DNA from: Azolla caroliniana
Lineage: Eukaryota > Plantae > Polypodiophyta
DNA: 64,000 nt
Assembly: GCA_043228905.1 (NCBI GenBank)
Contig: JBHGNT010000007.1
Coordinates: 3,720,001-3,784,000 of the forward strand
Direction of reading: 5' to 3'
The notes beneath the pieces are model-generated. The model was not told where the DNA came from. It saw only the letters and a list, made by a program, of their open reading frames with translations, and ran no database searches. Below, piece by piece: positions 1 through 12,412 of this stretch (the stretch's first letter is position 1; each line of letters begins with the position of its first letter). The position numbers and the translations under genes were made by a program.

Positions 1-271
1 GAAGAATCGAGTGTTGCCTTCCTCTCTATAGGCAACACCTTCAATTCCTAACCGGAATCAGACCAAAGGACTGTGGTACGTGGCGGACAAATCGCTTTTA
101 CGGAATTGATTAACACCCTACAGATTACGTAAGAGGAAACCTTAGCTTATGCATACACGATAGGGGGAGATAGTTTACTTAACAATTATTAAAAGTGAAC
201 AATGACAATCATAGACCCAACACTGTTTAGATTACGAAATGAGTAATGATTATAGTTACACAGCTATCTGA

Positions 272-904
272 TGTCGTGAAGAAAATCGGCCATAGGCGGA
301 TTCGAAGAGAAAGGCGCGTGAACCGGCTCTTACACGGATGGACGCGTAACTTGATATTTTGAACCCGATTCATAAACAGATCGGTGGGTGAAATATGAGG
401 CGGCACGCATTTATCAGGGGATTGTGTGTATCTCTGTCAGACGGAGGGAAGGACAGGGAATAAAAAGGGACTTGACAAGAGAGAAGGTTATCGCGCACGA
501 GGAGGTAGAAGGAGAGGGCTGCAGAACGGAAGGAGGGAGCTCTCTCTGCGACTCGAATCGTCGCTCTCTGCGGGTGTCGAGAGGTCGCTGCCACTGCTTC
601 GTGGACAGCCCGTGTGCTTCCAACAAAGTCGTGCCCCTTCCCCTTTTGTTTCTTGGAGTCGGTGACCGTCGTCGGTGTGCGTGAGTAGGGTCCCCGTGTC
701 GGGCCCGTCGCCGCTTTGTCGGTTGTAACTGACGGAGTTTGAAATCTCTGTCATTATAATTAAGTGTTACATTCTGTTTCTCCCTTCCTCGCTTCTACGT
801 GTCGGTGAATCTTTCTCTCTCTCTGTATCTCTCTCTCTCGCTCCTCGGTCCAAGACCCCCGTGGTCCCCCCCTTTTCTACACGTACGCGCGTAATAACGC
901 GACA
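272..904 (+). repeat. 5' LTR of Gypsy element
   Basis: TG...CA termini; repeated at 5800-6432. Confidence 0.93.
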
Positions 905-910
905 TATATT

Positions 911-928
911 TGGTGAACCCGACGTGAA
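911..928 (+). promoter_or_regulatory. Primer-binding site complementary to tRNA-Trp 3' end
   Basis: TGGTGAACCCGACGTGAA is the reverse complement of the plant cytosolic tRNA-Trp 3' end as I recall it (...TTCACGTCGGGTTCACCA); it lies 6 nt after the LTR. Confidence 0.8.
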
Positions 929-951
929 AAGGGCGGCAAAGGAGTCGAAAG

Positions 952-3207
952 ATGAGGGGATCAGAGCTAGCAGAGGCGATGGCGTTGGCCGTCGACCGGC
1001 TGGTGAGCGCTCGTGAGGGAACGGGTACCCTCGATAGAGCCATTGAATCGATCGTCGGCTCAATAGGCCGTTTCGGAGGGAAAGACGCCACAAGTTATTT
1101 GGAGGCTTACCGGGCCGAAATGATCATGAGGGATATCCCGGCGGACAGGCAGTTGTCCGGATTCCCTCGGGTGGTGACGCCAGGCATCCATGCGGAGGTG
1201 CTGGCCGGATGCCAAATTTGGGAGGAGTTCGAGCTGCAGCTCCTCGAGAAGTACGGGTTTGATGACTTGCTCCGGCTGTCGAGGCGAGACTTCATGGTGT
1301 GGGTGGAAAGCCCTGAAAAAGGGAGGAACACGTCGGTGCTCCTGCAGGAGTTCGAAAAACGGTTCGCGTGGCTGTCGACGCTGGACCGGACGGTGCTCGA
1401 AACGAGTCGAGTGCTGCTATTTGTCAAGTCGGTGGATGCGCTCGACAGGGAAAAGGTGGGTCCCCTACTGGAAACGGACGAAGGGCTCACGACGGATTGG
1501 GCCGTGGTAAAACGGGTCTGTAGCCGTTTCGACAAACGGCGCGATTGGAGCGACGGAAGCACGTCGGGGTCGGGGCCGGTCCCAGGGAGGAGCCTCGAGG
1601 AGCCGGTTGCGGTGCTGGCTGGGAGGAAGGAAGAGACCCGAATCTGGCCGGAGTCGGGGTCGGCATCAAATGACGTGGTCAGAGGCACGTCCGGAGGAGC
1701 GGCTCTGGAGGAGCTAACACAGATGGTGCGCGACCTGTAGATCGCACAGGCCTGAAGAGACAGCGGTGAACAACCTCGCGACCGGAGGCCGCCGGCTGAG
1801 CAGCGGTGCATGTGGTGTGACGCGATCGGTCACATTCGGAAGGACTGCGCGGACTTCGCCGACGCACTCAGGACCAATGTCGTGTACCTCTGGAACGAGC
1901 GGGTGCACGCGAGCGAGACCCGGAGAGCCCTGGAACTGAATACGGGGCGCGGCGGCATGAAGAGGTTGATGGAAGAGGCCGCGGTACGGCACGTCGAAGC
2001 CGTTAACTACTCAGTGTCGGCGTGAATTCGGGTTGGGGGTGATGAGACCCAGAAGGCGAAGGACTCCGGATTCTGGCCGCTAGTGATGGAAGGCCTCTCC
2101 GGAGTTCGGCTGAGGAGGGAAGAGGCGGACCGCGCGGAACAACGGGTCCAAGAAGTCACCGGTTGGGACGATCCGGTGGAAGAGAAAACGGGCTTCGTAG
2201 AAGCCACTTGCCAGAACTACGAGGTTCTGGTGGAGGACAAACGGGCAAGAAAAGCTGGAGGGGTCGGGGCCCCGAGGTATGAGACCCGGTTCGGGCCGAA
2301 ACCGACCGGTGCCAGCAACCCAGGCATGCCGGATGGGAAGAAGCGGGCAGGGTTTCGGTTGAGCACCGAAATCGAGAGAGCAATGGACCTACGGAAGGTC
2401 CTTGAAGAGCGAATCCTCGACAATAAAGTGGAGTTGTCGTTGCGGGAGGTGCTTGGAATCGCCAAGAGGGAGTTCCACGACTCTATCGTAGACTTGGTGA
2501 AGCGTAAGATGCTCTCGACGGAGCCGGAACCGGAGAAGCCGGTGGAGGTGCGGAGCACGCACCTGGATGACGAAGCCCTGGAAGACGAGCTGGCGGGAAG
2601 CCACTACACGAAGCCGCATTGGGCCAGGGCAACTACGGAAACCCCTGTACGGATCAACAACGTTCTGGAACCGGTGGTGGCGTTGGTAGACCATGGATCC
2701 GAAATGAAGCTGATGTCCATGGAGTTCTACAAGAAGGGTAAATGGCCGATCAACACCAAGCACGACTGGAAGATACGGGCAGCGACGCGCGCCACGGAAG
2801 AACTACATGGGGCCTGTCCGAACGTACGGGTGAAAATCGGCGATGTCGAGATCGACCAACACTTCTTCGTGCAGGAGACGTCCTCGCATCCGGTTATACT
2901 AGGAGAGCCATATATCACGACGGCACGGATGGAGACCAAGGTGTTGGACAACGGTTCAGCCTATGCAAGAGTCAAAAGCCAGGACGGGCGCCACTCGGTC
3001 CAGTTCCTAACGGTGAGACCAAACCACGAGCGTAATCGCGAGGCCCTCAGCAGCGAAGCCCGAGGGGATTTTTTGAGAGGGCTATCAAGGCGTGGGGCCG
3101 CGATAGTCCGGATTCCCGGGAACAACCCCACAAATGTACAGTACGGAAGAAGACTTGTACCATGGATAGGAGGTTTTGGTTCTCCGACAACGGAGGTTGT
3201 ACTATAA
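952..3207 (+). pseudogene. Gypsy gag-protease, interrupted by in-frame stops
   Basis: ORFs 952-1740, 1810-2025 and 2083-3207 share one frame. Zn knuckle CMWCDAIGHIRKDC; aspartic protease motif ALVDHGSE...ILGEPY. Confidence 0.85.
3066..3131 (+). promoter_or_regulatory. Putative -1 ribosomal frameshift signal between protease and RT
   Basis: Heptamer G_GAT_TTT (3066-3072), 6-nt spacer, stem GGGCTATC/GATAGTCC. Loop GTGGGG can pair with downstream CCCCAC. The -1 frame is open into the pol frame (3162). Confidence 0.6.
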
Positions 3208-5730
3208 CCAGCGTCAACGGCCGGGAGAGGAAGCGAGCGGAGGAGCGGCTCAAGGGATGCGGAGTCCTCTTCCCCGACGAAGACATCAACGGCGCCGTGG
3301 AGGCGGTCTCTTTTGATGACACCTTGGGAGAACTACGAAAGGTGATCGATGAAAACCTTAGAGAAGACCGAACCGTTCCGGTAGGATAGATGGGAATGTT
3401 CGAAGTCATCGCGGACTTCGGGGAAAGGATCGGGTCGGATCGGACGGCCCGCGTGGATACAAAATCCAAGACTGTGGACTGGAAGGTGAGGCCAGTCGCG
3501 GCACCCTTGCCGGAGGGTGGCGAGGAGCGGATGAAAGGGGTCGCGTCGGACCCAAGTTTACGGAGTCCGGCTGGCATAGGGCACTGGTTCACCGACATAA
3601 CGCTACGGGAGCTCAAGCTCGGAGGGGGCGGCTTCCTACTACCGACGGAGGAGGACCGGTTTCGGAGAATGCTCGGAAGGCACAGGAAGGCTTTCGCATT
3701 CTCACCGGAGGAGATCGGGTGCGTAGACCCGACAGTTGTCGAACCGATGGTGATCTTCACGGTACCGCATGCACTGTGGAATCTCAAGCCGATTCCGGTG
3801 CCAAGAGCTCACATCCCGAAGTTGATGGAGCTCCTAAAGCAAAAGGTGGAGATGGGCATCCTCGAACCGTCGAGTGCCTCGTATTCGAATCCGTGGTTTA
3901 CGGTGCTGAAGAAGAACGGCACGTTGCGCTTCATCCAGGACCTACAACCGGTCAACAAGGTGACCATCCGTAACGTAGGGATCGGACCGACCATAGACGA
4001 GTTCGCGGAGGCCTTCGCTGGAAGGTCGATCTATTCTGTCGGTGATCTGTACTCGGGGTACGATCAGTTCCAACTAGTTGTGGAGAGCAGAGACGGGAGG
4101 TGATTATCGAGACGGACTGCCTACCGATACTCGGCATGGTTTCCGGATGCGCGACGCCAGACCTAGCAATGCTCCGGTGGATAGCGTACATTAAGTCCCT
4201 GAACCCGGAGATACGGCACATCTCTGGAAAGGACCTAGCAATGCTTTCGAGGGCAAAGTTCAACGACGAAGACGGCATGGTTTCGGAGGACGAAGAAGTC
4301 GGCCAGGACTTCTTCGGGTCGGCTAACGTAACGACAAGAAGGAAAGGGAACACTCTGGCGCTTAACGAATTTGACGAAAGCGGGTACGACGGGGAGGGGC
4401 TCCAAATCGGGAGGTTCCTACGGACGATGACGCCGGACGCAACATGGGCGAGAGAGGAGGTGAGCCGGATAAGGAGGAAGGCATACCGATTCTTCCTGCG
4501 GGACGGGTGCATATGGAGGCACCCAAAGAAATGAAGCGTCATTCCACTCCGAGTAGTGGCAAAGAAAGAAGAACAGGGGAAACTACTGACGGCATTTCAC
4601 GAGAGCCCATGGGCCGGACACCGCGGGACGTGGGCCACTTTCAAGAAGTTGAAGGAGAAGTACTGGTGGCCGGGGCTGTACCAGGACGTGCATCGGTTCG
4701 TGACGACTTGCAAGAGCTGTCAGATGCACTCCGTAGTCCAACACCGGGACAAGCTTCACCCGACCTACCCGCCTACGGTCCATTTCAAGTGGATGGTGGA
4801 CTTGGTGACGATGCCAATGGGGCCAAGACAGATGCGATACCTGGTGCTTGCACGGGAAGACTTAACGAACCAGGTGGAAGGCCGTGCACTACAAAGCAAG
4901 ACAACCACGGCGGTATGCTGGTTCCTGATCGAAGAAGTAGTGTGTCGGTACGGGTGCGTCGGGAAGATCGTGGCGGACCGGGGAGAGCTAGATGCGCGGG
5001 AGGCCGAGGAGCTGTTCGACCGGCTGGGTCTCAAACTCTCCCTCACCATGGCGCACAATCCAGAGGTGAACGGAAAGGTGGAACGAGAGCACGGACCGAT
5101 TGTAAAGGCGTTGGTGCGTGCATGCGGTGGGCAGGTCGGGAATTGGCCGCGACTCCTTACGCGCTATGGGCGGACCGGACTACGCACAGTTCGGTGACAG
5201 GGTTTATGCCGGCGGAGCTAATGTACGGACAAAAGCCGATCATGCCGGTGGAACGGACGGTTTCTTCGTGGGCGGCGGTAGATTGGAAGGACGAAATGAG
5301 CCGGGAGGAGTTGCTGGCGGCGCGGATTCAGCAACTCGAGCGGAGGCCGGAGGACGTGATACAGGCAAGGGAAAAGCTGCGAGCAGCGAGGGAGCGTAAC
5401 AAGACCCGGTTCAACCCGACTCACCAGTTGCAACCAAAGAAGATCGAGGAAGGCGATTGGGTCTTGGTATACGACAGCAGCCTCGACAATCAGCACAAGG
5501 TGGTGCGAAAGTTTGCCAGAAGGTGGTTCGGGCCCTACATGGTGACGAGCACAAACGATAATGGCACGTACCACCTCGCGGAACTCGACGGGACACGGTT
5601 AGCGGTGCCGATGGCTGGGAAGCGGATCAAAGCTTTCAAAAAGCGGTTCAAAGACGAGCTGGAGCCTGCGAGCGCGAGCGACAGCGACGATCAGTTCGGG
5701 CCCAACGGAGAATCGGACAGCAACGAGTGA
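3162..5730 (+). pseudogene. Gypsy pol (RT N-terminus fused to RNase H C-terminus; integrase)
   Basis: YSNPWFTVLKKNGTLRFIQDLQPVN...DLYSGYDQF jumps at ~4093 to VIIETDCLPILGM, with no YxDD. Integrase H-H-C-C (HESPWAGH...CKSCQ), core DLV/DRGE/E and a GPY-like WFGPY are present; stops and frameshifts throughout. Confidence 0.88.
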
Positions 5731-5799
5731 GGCCGGTTTTCTTCGGTATCTACCTGTCTTTGGCGCATGCCGATGGATGCGCGGTTTGGTGGGGGTGGA

Positions 5800-6432
5800 T
5801 GTCGTGAAGAAAATCGGCCATAGGCGGATTCAGAGAGAAAGGCGCGTGAACCGGGTCTTACACGGATGGACGCGTAACTTGATATTTTGTACCCGATTCA
5901 TAAACGGATCGGTGGGTGCAATACGAGGCGGCACACATTTATCAGGGGATTGTGCGTATCTCTGTTAGACGGAGGGGAGGACAGGGAATAAAAAGGGACT
6001 TGACAAGAGAGAAGGTTATCACGCGTGAGGAGGTAGAAGGAGAGGGCTGCAGAACGGAAGGAGGGAGCTCTCTCTGCGACTCGAATCGTCGCTCTCTCCG
6101 GGTGTCGGGAGGTCGCTGCCTCTGCTTCGTGGACAGCCTGTGTGCTTCCAACAGAGTCGCGCCCCTTCCCCTTTTGTTTCTTGGAGTCGGTGACCGTCGT
6201 CGGTGTGCGTGAGTAGGGTCCCCGTGTCGGGCCCGTCGCCGCTTTGTCGGTTGTAACTAACGGAGTTTGTAATCTCTGTCATTATAATTAAGTGTTACGT
6301 TCTGTTTCTCCCTTCCTCGCTTCTACGTGTCGGTGAATCTTTCTCTCTCTCTGTATCTCTCTCTCTCGCTCCTCGGTCCAAGACCCCCGTGGTCCCGCCC
6401 CTTTCTACACGTACACGCGTAATAACGCGACA
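5800..6432 (+). repeat. 3' LTR of Gypsy element
   Basis: Copy of 272-904. Confidence 0.93.
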
Positions 6433-6768
6433 ACGGCTATTTGCCATAATTGTATCTGATACACTGCAGTATGATTAATTACTTAAATAACCTCCAACTT
6501 CCCTCCTTAACCTCCTCTATCTCTCTCCTTATATAGGTGTTCTTCGGTGCACTCCTTCTCCTTCCGTGTTTATGGTTGTGTGTATTTCGGCTGCTTCTTA
6601 TTGCTTTCGGTTGTTTACCTACTGCTACCTAATACTTATTACGTTTCACATATGTTACTATTTTGGCACGCCCGTGCGATAGTGCCTCGGCACGGTGAAC
6701 CCAAAAAATCAAAATACACAATTCGTAACAAACGAAAATTTCAAAAAAGAATTTGGTATAATTTACAA

Positions 6769-8083
6769 TTAATCCTCGAGCAAAATGTCGAGGATTCCCT
6801 CTGCCTGCTTTGTCTCGGCGGTATCATCTCTTGGAATGGTCGCGGGGTTGGGTCGTGGTGCGTTGGTTTGTTTGGCCGAAATTTCTATTGCAAGCTCTGT
6901 CCTGTCGTTGCTCTGTAATGTCGGGTCGGATGGGGTGTGGTTGTCCGACTGTATTTGTTGGTCGTTGACTGCGTCCAGTTGGGGTTGGGCGTTATCGTTG
7001 AAGGTGTACTCTGTTTCGATCATCAACAACATTTGATCATCGTTGAATTCCTCAAGGAGGGTGCCGATGGCTTTGGTGTGGGCATCGTCTAAGGCATGAA
7101 AGTCCTCAGTAAGGTCTTCTCGGGTCATTTGTATGCTATTGCCATCCATCTTGTAGAAGCCTTTTCCTTCTTTCTTGCGGTTTTCAGCATCTGCCCGTAG
7201 GACTTGCAATTCCTGCTTGAGCCGACCATTGCTTCCAACCTGTAGCTAGTGTTTCCTCGACCTTTCTATTTAATTTTTGCCGCTGCTTCATGACTAACGC
7301 ATGGATGCGTTCCTCCCGTTTGTTGTACATTCTTTGAAGAGCCAACATCTCTTGCTTGGTTTTTTCTATGTCGAGCCATAATTTTGCCGTAAGAATTTCG
7401 CAAGATGTGTTGAGGGAATTGACCCTGGGCGCTGCTTCCTCCATTATTCTGTCGATTTGTTGGCCAAACTGTGTTTGAACCTCTACCAATTCTTTTCGGT
7501 TCTTTTCTTTCCTCTATTCACGTTCTAGGATACTATTTATTTGGTGTCGGTGGAGCTCGTCAAATAGCCCGATGCGTTTGTTTTCAGCGTCTTCGTATTG
7601 TTGCAAAAATCGTCTTGAGCGCACTTGCATTTCCATGCAATTTGTGCGGCGGCAATGTCCTGTATGGACATAATAGAGTCGGCCGCTTTCTTTTCTGCCT
7701 CCTTGACCTTAACCGTCTGTTCGTGTAGTGCTTTCGTCAATTCGGCTTCCGTGTGCATGGCTTGCTCCTTGCTTTTGACGGCCTCCGTTTGGGCGTGCTC
7801 GTAGCATTCTTTCGCTATTTCTGCAATGGCCTTGTGCACGATGATGTCTTCTTCGTAATGGCGAATGGTTTCGCCAATATCCTTGACCTTAGCCGTCTGT
7901 TCGTGTAGTGCTTTCGTCAATTCGGCTTCCGTGTGCATGGCTTGCTCCTTGCTTTTGACGGCCTCCGTTTGGGCGTGCTCGTAGCATTCTTTCGCTATTT
8001 CTGCAATGGCCTTGTGCACGATGATGTCTTCTTCGTAATGGCGAATGGTTTCGCCAATATCCTTGACCTTAGCCGTCTGTTCG
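6769..8083 (-). pseudogene. Disrupted coiled-coil ORF of unknown family (probably TE accessory ORF)
   Basis: ORFs 7537-8019, 7184-7489 and 6769-7209 join through frameshifts and one stop into more than 400 aa of E/K/A/Q-rich helical sequence with an acidic tail. The 5' part is replaced by a Copia fragment. Confidence 0.5.
7700..8083. repeat. 180-bp tandem repeat (about 2.1 copies, 60-aa unit)
   Basis: Sequence lines 7741-7920 and 7921-8083 are essentially identical; period 180. Confidence 0.95.
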
Positions 8084-11000
8084 GATGGTCATCATCTTCG
8101 CGACCCGCGCAAACGTCTCATTGTAGTCGATGTCGTGTTTCTGCGCATAGCCTTTTGCCACTAATCGGGCCTTGTATCGGTTGACTAAGCCGTCGGTGTT
8201 GTACTTGACCTTGTACACCCACCTACATCCGATCGGCTTCACACCCTTCGGTGCGTCAACCAGGTCGCAGGTTTCATTTTCTGCCAATGCGTGCATCTCT
8301 TCCTCCATTGCGGCGTGCCAATTCGTGTCCTTAGCCGCTTCTGCATAGCTCTCCGGCTCACGCACTTCCGCTACATGGGTCATGTACGCATAATGATGCG
8401 CCATGTACTCGTTGTATCCGAACTGCACAACTGGGTTCTTCTGGCGGGTAGATCGGCGTAATCAGTCATTAACCGATGTCAAGGTCTTCTCGGCCGACGC
8501 GGACTTCGCTCTTGAAGACCCGTCACCACTTCCCTCGGAGTCGGACTCGCGTCGGTCTGACTCGTTCCTATCCGTGCCGAAATCCGACACCTTCTTCTTC
8601 CCTTTCTCTTTCCACGTAAGCCGTCTCCTCGGCTTCCTGCGCGGGGAATGCACGACCAAGTCTCCACTACTCGCCAGCTCTTCATTGGACTGGTCGAACC
8701 GACTCAGTCGTCCATTCGGTCCGCTTACCCGAAACGAAATCAAACTCTCTTCGCGGGTCCTGATTTCAGGCTCATCCGGAGGCATCTCAGTCTCGCTGAC
8801 CTCATCGTCAGAGCTCGGATTGGAGTTGAGATCTGGAGTCGGAGGCAAGTACCAGGACGCAGACTCATCAAACACAACATTGTGGCTCACACGCGCTTGT
8901 TTGGTGCGCGGGTTATAACACTTATAACCCTTCTGCTCGTCCGAGTAACCGACCAAGATACATTTCTCGGCCTTTGCGTCCAGCTTCCTCCATTTCTCCT
9001 TCGGCACATGCACATACGCAATGCTACCGAAACCTCGTAAGTGTCGCAAGTTCGGCTTCGTTCCGAAATATAGCTCATGCGCCGACGCTTTGTCTCTGAT
9101 CCGGTTCTGAATGTATATTGCGGTCCTTACCGCCTCGACCCAGTAGAACTTGGGCAATCTCTTTTCCTCCAGCATTGCTCGTGCCGCTTCTGGCCAATAA
9201 ATTTGGGCAATCTGAACACCACTTGTTTCGATTGCAGGTCTTGAAGCCGTTGGTAGTTGACGTGGCCTATCCGCTTGTGCCATAAGTCGATGTCCAACTC
9301 GACTTTTTGTCCCTTCGCGAACATTGCGGTGCCACCGTCATAAGAGTCGAGGATGAACATCCTCCCATCTCTATGCCCTTGCGCAATAACACGGCCTTCT
9401 TCCTCAATGAAGCACCCAAGGTGTGTAAACCGGACCTCCATCCCTTGGTCGATGATATGTCCGACCGACACCAAGTTCTTCGTGATTGTCGAGATGTGTA
9501 GCACGTTCATGAGTTTCCCTTTCTGCCCGACATGGCTCAGGGGAACTTCTCCGACATTCGCGATCGGATGCGGAGTGTAGTCTCCGGTTGCGACTACTCC
9601 CGGTTGCATCGGTTTTTCTAGGTACGAGAACCACTCCTTATGGCTTGTCATGTGATTTGACGCACCGGAGTCGACGTACCACACCTCATCAGATTTCAGA
9701 GTGATCTGCTTCATCGAGTTTGATTCGTGTCTCGTCACGAAGACTGACCCTTTTTCGACTTCTCTGGATCCTTCGACGTAGTGTGATCGTTGCCGATTTC
9801 CTTTGTCGGTCAGTCCGGAACCTGATCCGAACCCGGTTCTCTCCAAATCGGCACACTTTCTCCAGCTCTCGCTCTCCCTGTGGCCTTTCTTGCTACAGTA
9901 CCAGCATTCTGCGGCGGATTTCCCTTGCCGGTTCTCGTCGCCTTGACTCCCCCTCTTTCCGGAGGGTCCGGAATTGTTGTCGGCATCACTTCGGTGCCTT
10001 CTTCCTTGATCCCGTCGGCCGCCTCCATTGCGCACCGACTCGCCTCGTCCGCCACGACCACGGGGCCTATCTCCCTCCGTGTACAACATCTTGTTGTCGG
10101 CATGCGTGTTCGTCGACGCACCCGTGTGGTTCTCCTCTATAAGGAGCATCGACTGTAAGTCGAAAAACGATGGCGTATTCTCCCGTGTACACACAGCAGT
10201 TCAGAACGCTCCGAACTTCGACGCCCCGAGACAAACCTGGACCATCTCGCTTTCCTCGATGTTCATATCGATGGAACCTAAGGAGTCGCATATGTCCTTG
10301 ATCTTCGAGGTATAGTCAACCACCGACAAATCGCGTTGTTGTAGGTTGCTCAGCTCCTGCCGGAGTTGAAGCTTCCTAGATGTAGTGCTTGCGGCGAAAA
10401 TCTTCCTCAGATTTCCCCAAGCATCCTTCGGCGTTTTTGCATCCCAAATGTAGCTTAAGAGTTGTTCACCCACACAAGACGCGAAGCACTACAGTACTCT
10501 ACTCACCGATTGTTCCCAAGTCGGGAAGTCTTTGTGTGTCGACTTGGGTGTTGTGTCATTTGCTCCATCGACATAGCTCCAGTAACCGTGTCCGAGCAAG
10601 TACTTGTGCATCTTGTAAGACCAAGACTCGTAGTTGTTTCTGTCGAGCTTCTCTGTTGGAAGCGAGCTAGCCATGCCTCTATCCATCGGTTTTGCCTGTT
10701 CTTCTTGGTTGGTTTTTCTTTCAAGCTATGTCGGCTGCAGAGGTTCTCAACCCTCGCGCTCTCATACCATGTAAAAGATTATGTGCAGAAGCAATAGAAA
10801 ACCAAATACACAGAAAATACGCAGGTTTAATGGAGAGCTTGAGTATGCACAGTACGTGGGAGAGACAAAGAGAGAACACACAAGAAATAAAATTCAAAAA
10901 ATACTAACTTTATACATACATCGTGCTCAGTGAGCACCTTTTATACAAGCCCTGACAATGGGCTGACACAAGTACTAACAGTACTTGACTGCTCATAAAT

Positions 11001-11202
11001 GAGCCTCGACACTTACTCCCAAAACTATTCCTTACGAGGAATATATCTCTAACGGCCTTTTGGTTTACGCACCGATATGGCCTTCCTACACACCGGTCTG
11101 CGTACCAGTTTCCAACCAATCTGGCCTAACCGATCAGTTCCAACCGATCCGGTCCCCGGCTTGCTCAGCCGATCCGGTCGATGTTGAGCTTGTCTCTCAA
11201 CA
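8084..11202 (-). mobile_element. Ty1/Copia element, 3'-truncated within RT
   Basis: 5' LTR 10770-11202; iMet-type PBS TGGTATGAGAGC (10758-10769). Gag DRNNYESWSYKM, protease WYVDSGASNHMT, GAG-pre-integrase WHKRIGH, integrase with internal deletion near 9190. RT stops at ETFARVAKMMTI; no 3' LTR. Confidence 0.9.
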
Positions 11203-12412
11203 TGATTTAACCCCTTTCACGTAAACCCATGTCAGACAATGATTTATGAAATTAGTATTTTCCCTTAGACAATACAACTAAATCTTAGTGGGACATAGCT
11301 CTTACATGTTGCTCTATTCCCTATTTTTCTTCATACATTAGCCAAGGTGAAATGAAGCCTCATTGAAAACATGACAATGTTAGTAAGAGAGAGGATTTAC
11401 TAGATGATAAAAGTCATAACTCATTACATGTGAGAGAAATGAGTATGAGGGAACAAATCAATAAATAATACAAATCACTCTATAGTACAAATGTTGGAAC
11501 GATATAAATCGTTACAATGTTGGCATCTTTAAATGGATGTTCAAACAATTCATTAAGATTGATCTTGCAAAATAAAACAAAGGGTGTGGTTACAATAAAT
11601 GTGTTGTTTATGCACACTGCTTGATGACTTCATGTATCTCTGTGTTCCTCTTTTTAATACTTCAAACCACGGTAGTGACCCAATATGACTATATTTAGGT
11701 TTTAAACATTCGTACCTTATAACAAATCCCCAAGTGTTTATCATACCACATACATTTACATTTGATGTTCCCCATTAAAGTTTTACCGTACCATGCAAAA
11801 ACATTTTGCCATTTTTAAATCATGTCAACGATGCTTGTTATAAATATGGTTGTATTGACCAGATAGTTAAATGAAAGGAAATTATGCAATTATGCATCTA
11901 ATTTGCAATACAATTGTCACATTTACTCATGTCATCAAACCCAATCATAACTTTGTAATGTCCTAATTTGGCAAACAACCTTATAGTTGTTTTAGATGTT
12001 GGTGTCATCGATGATGCAAAAATGAAATCCTTATGAAAGTATTGTTGGAACTCATAGGAGATTGTTTGAGAATGGCGAAAAGGTTGTCATACCATGAATC
12101 ATTGCATAGAGTGCTTGAATATATCCTCAATAAACGTATGTGGCTATTTGTTTTCAAAGACAATACCACAGTCTACTACCTAAATTGAAACTTCTCATTA
12201 CTTACATTTATGTATTGGGTAAGTTATACATTTATTGAATGTCTCAATCTAGGGTTGGAATATGAGTACACATGCAATCAACAATTTGGACTTAGGTAGA
12301 CCTTAATCAAATCTTAATGCCAATACCATGAACAACTTACAACTAATATGTTGTCACCTTAAGCTTTGGCAAGTGGTATCCTAAGTCAACAAGGAAAATG
12401 TACAAGTTGAAC

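Larger units (their letters stand above)
272..6432 (+). mobile_element. Ty3/Gypsy LTR retrotransposon (non-chromovirus type), defective; RT core deleted
   Basis: 633-bp direct repeats TGTCGTGAAG...CGCGACA at 272-904 and 5800-6432 (about 27 mismatches by eye). PBS at 911, purine-rich tract before the 3' LTR, gag-PR-RT-RH-INT order. No 5-bp TSD (TCTGA vs ACGGC). Confidence 0.93.

Noticed and set aside
11500-12400. Very degenerate Gypsy RT start on the minus strand (WQNVFAW...PKYSHI)
   Set aside because: Only short motif echoes; boundaries cannot be supported without a search.
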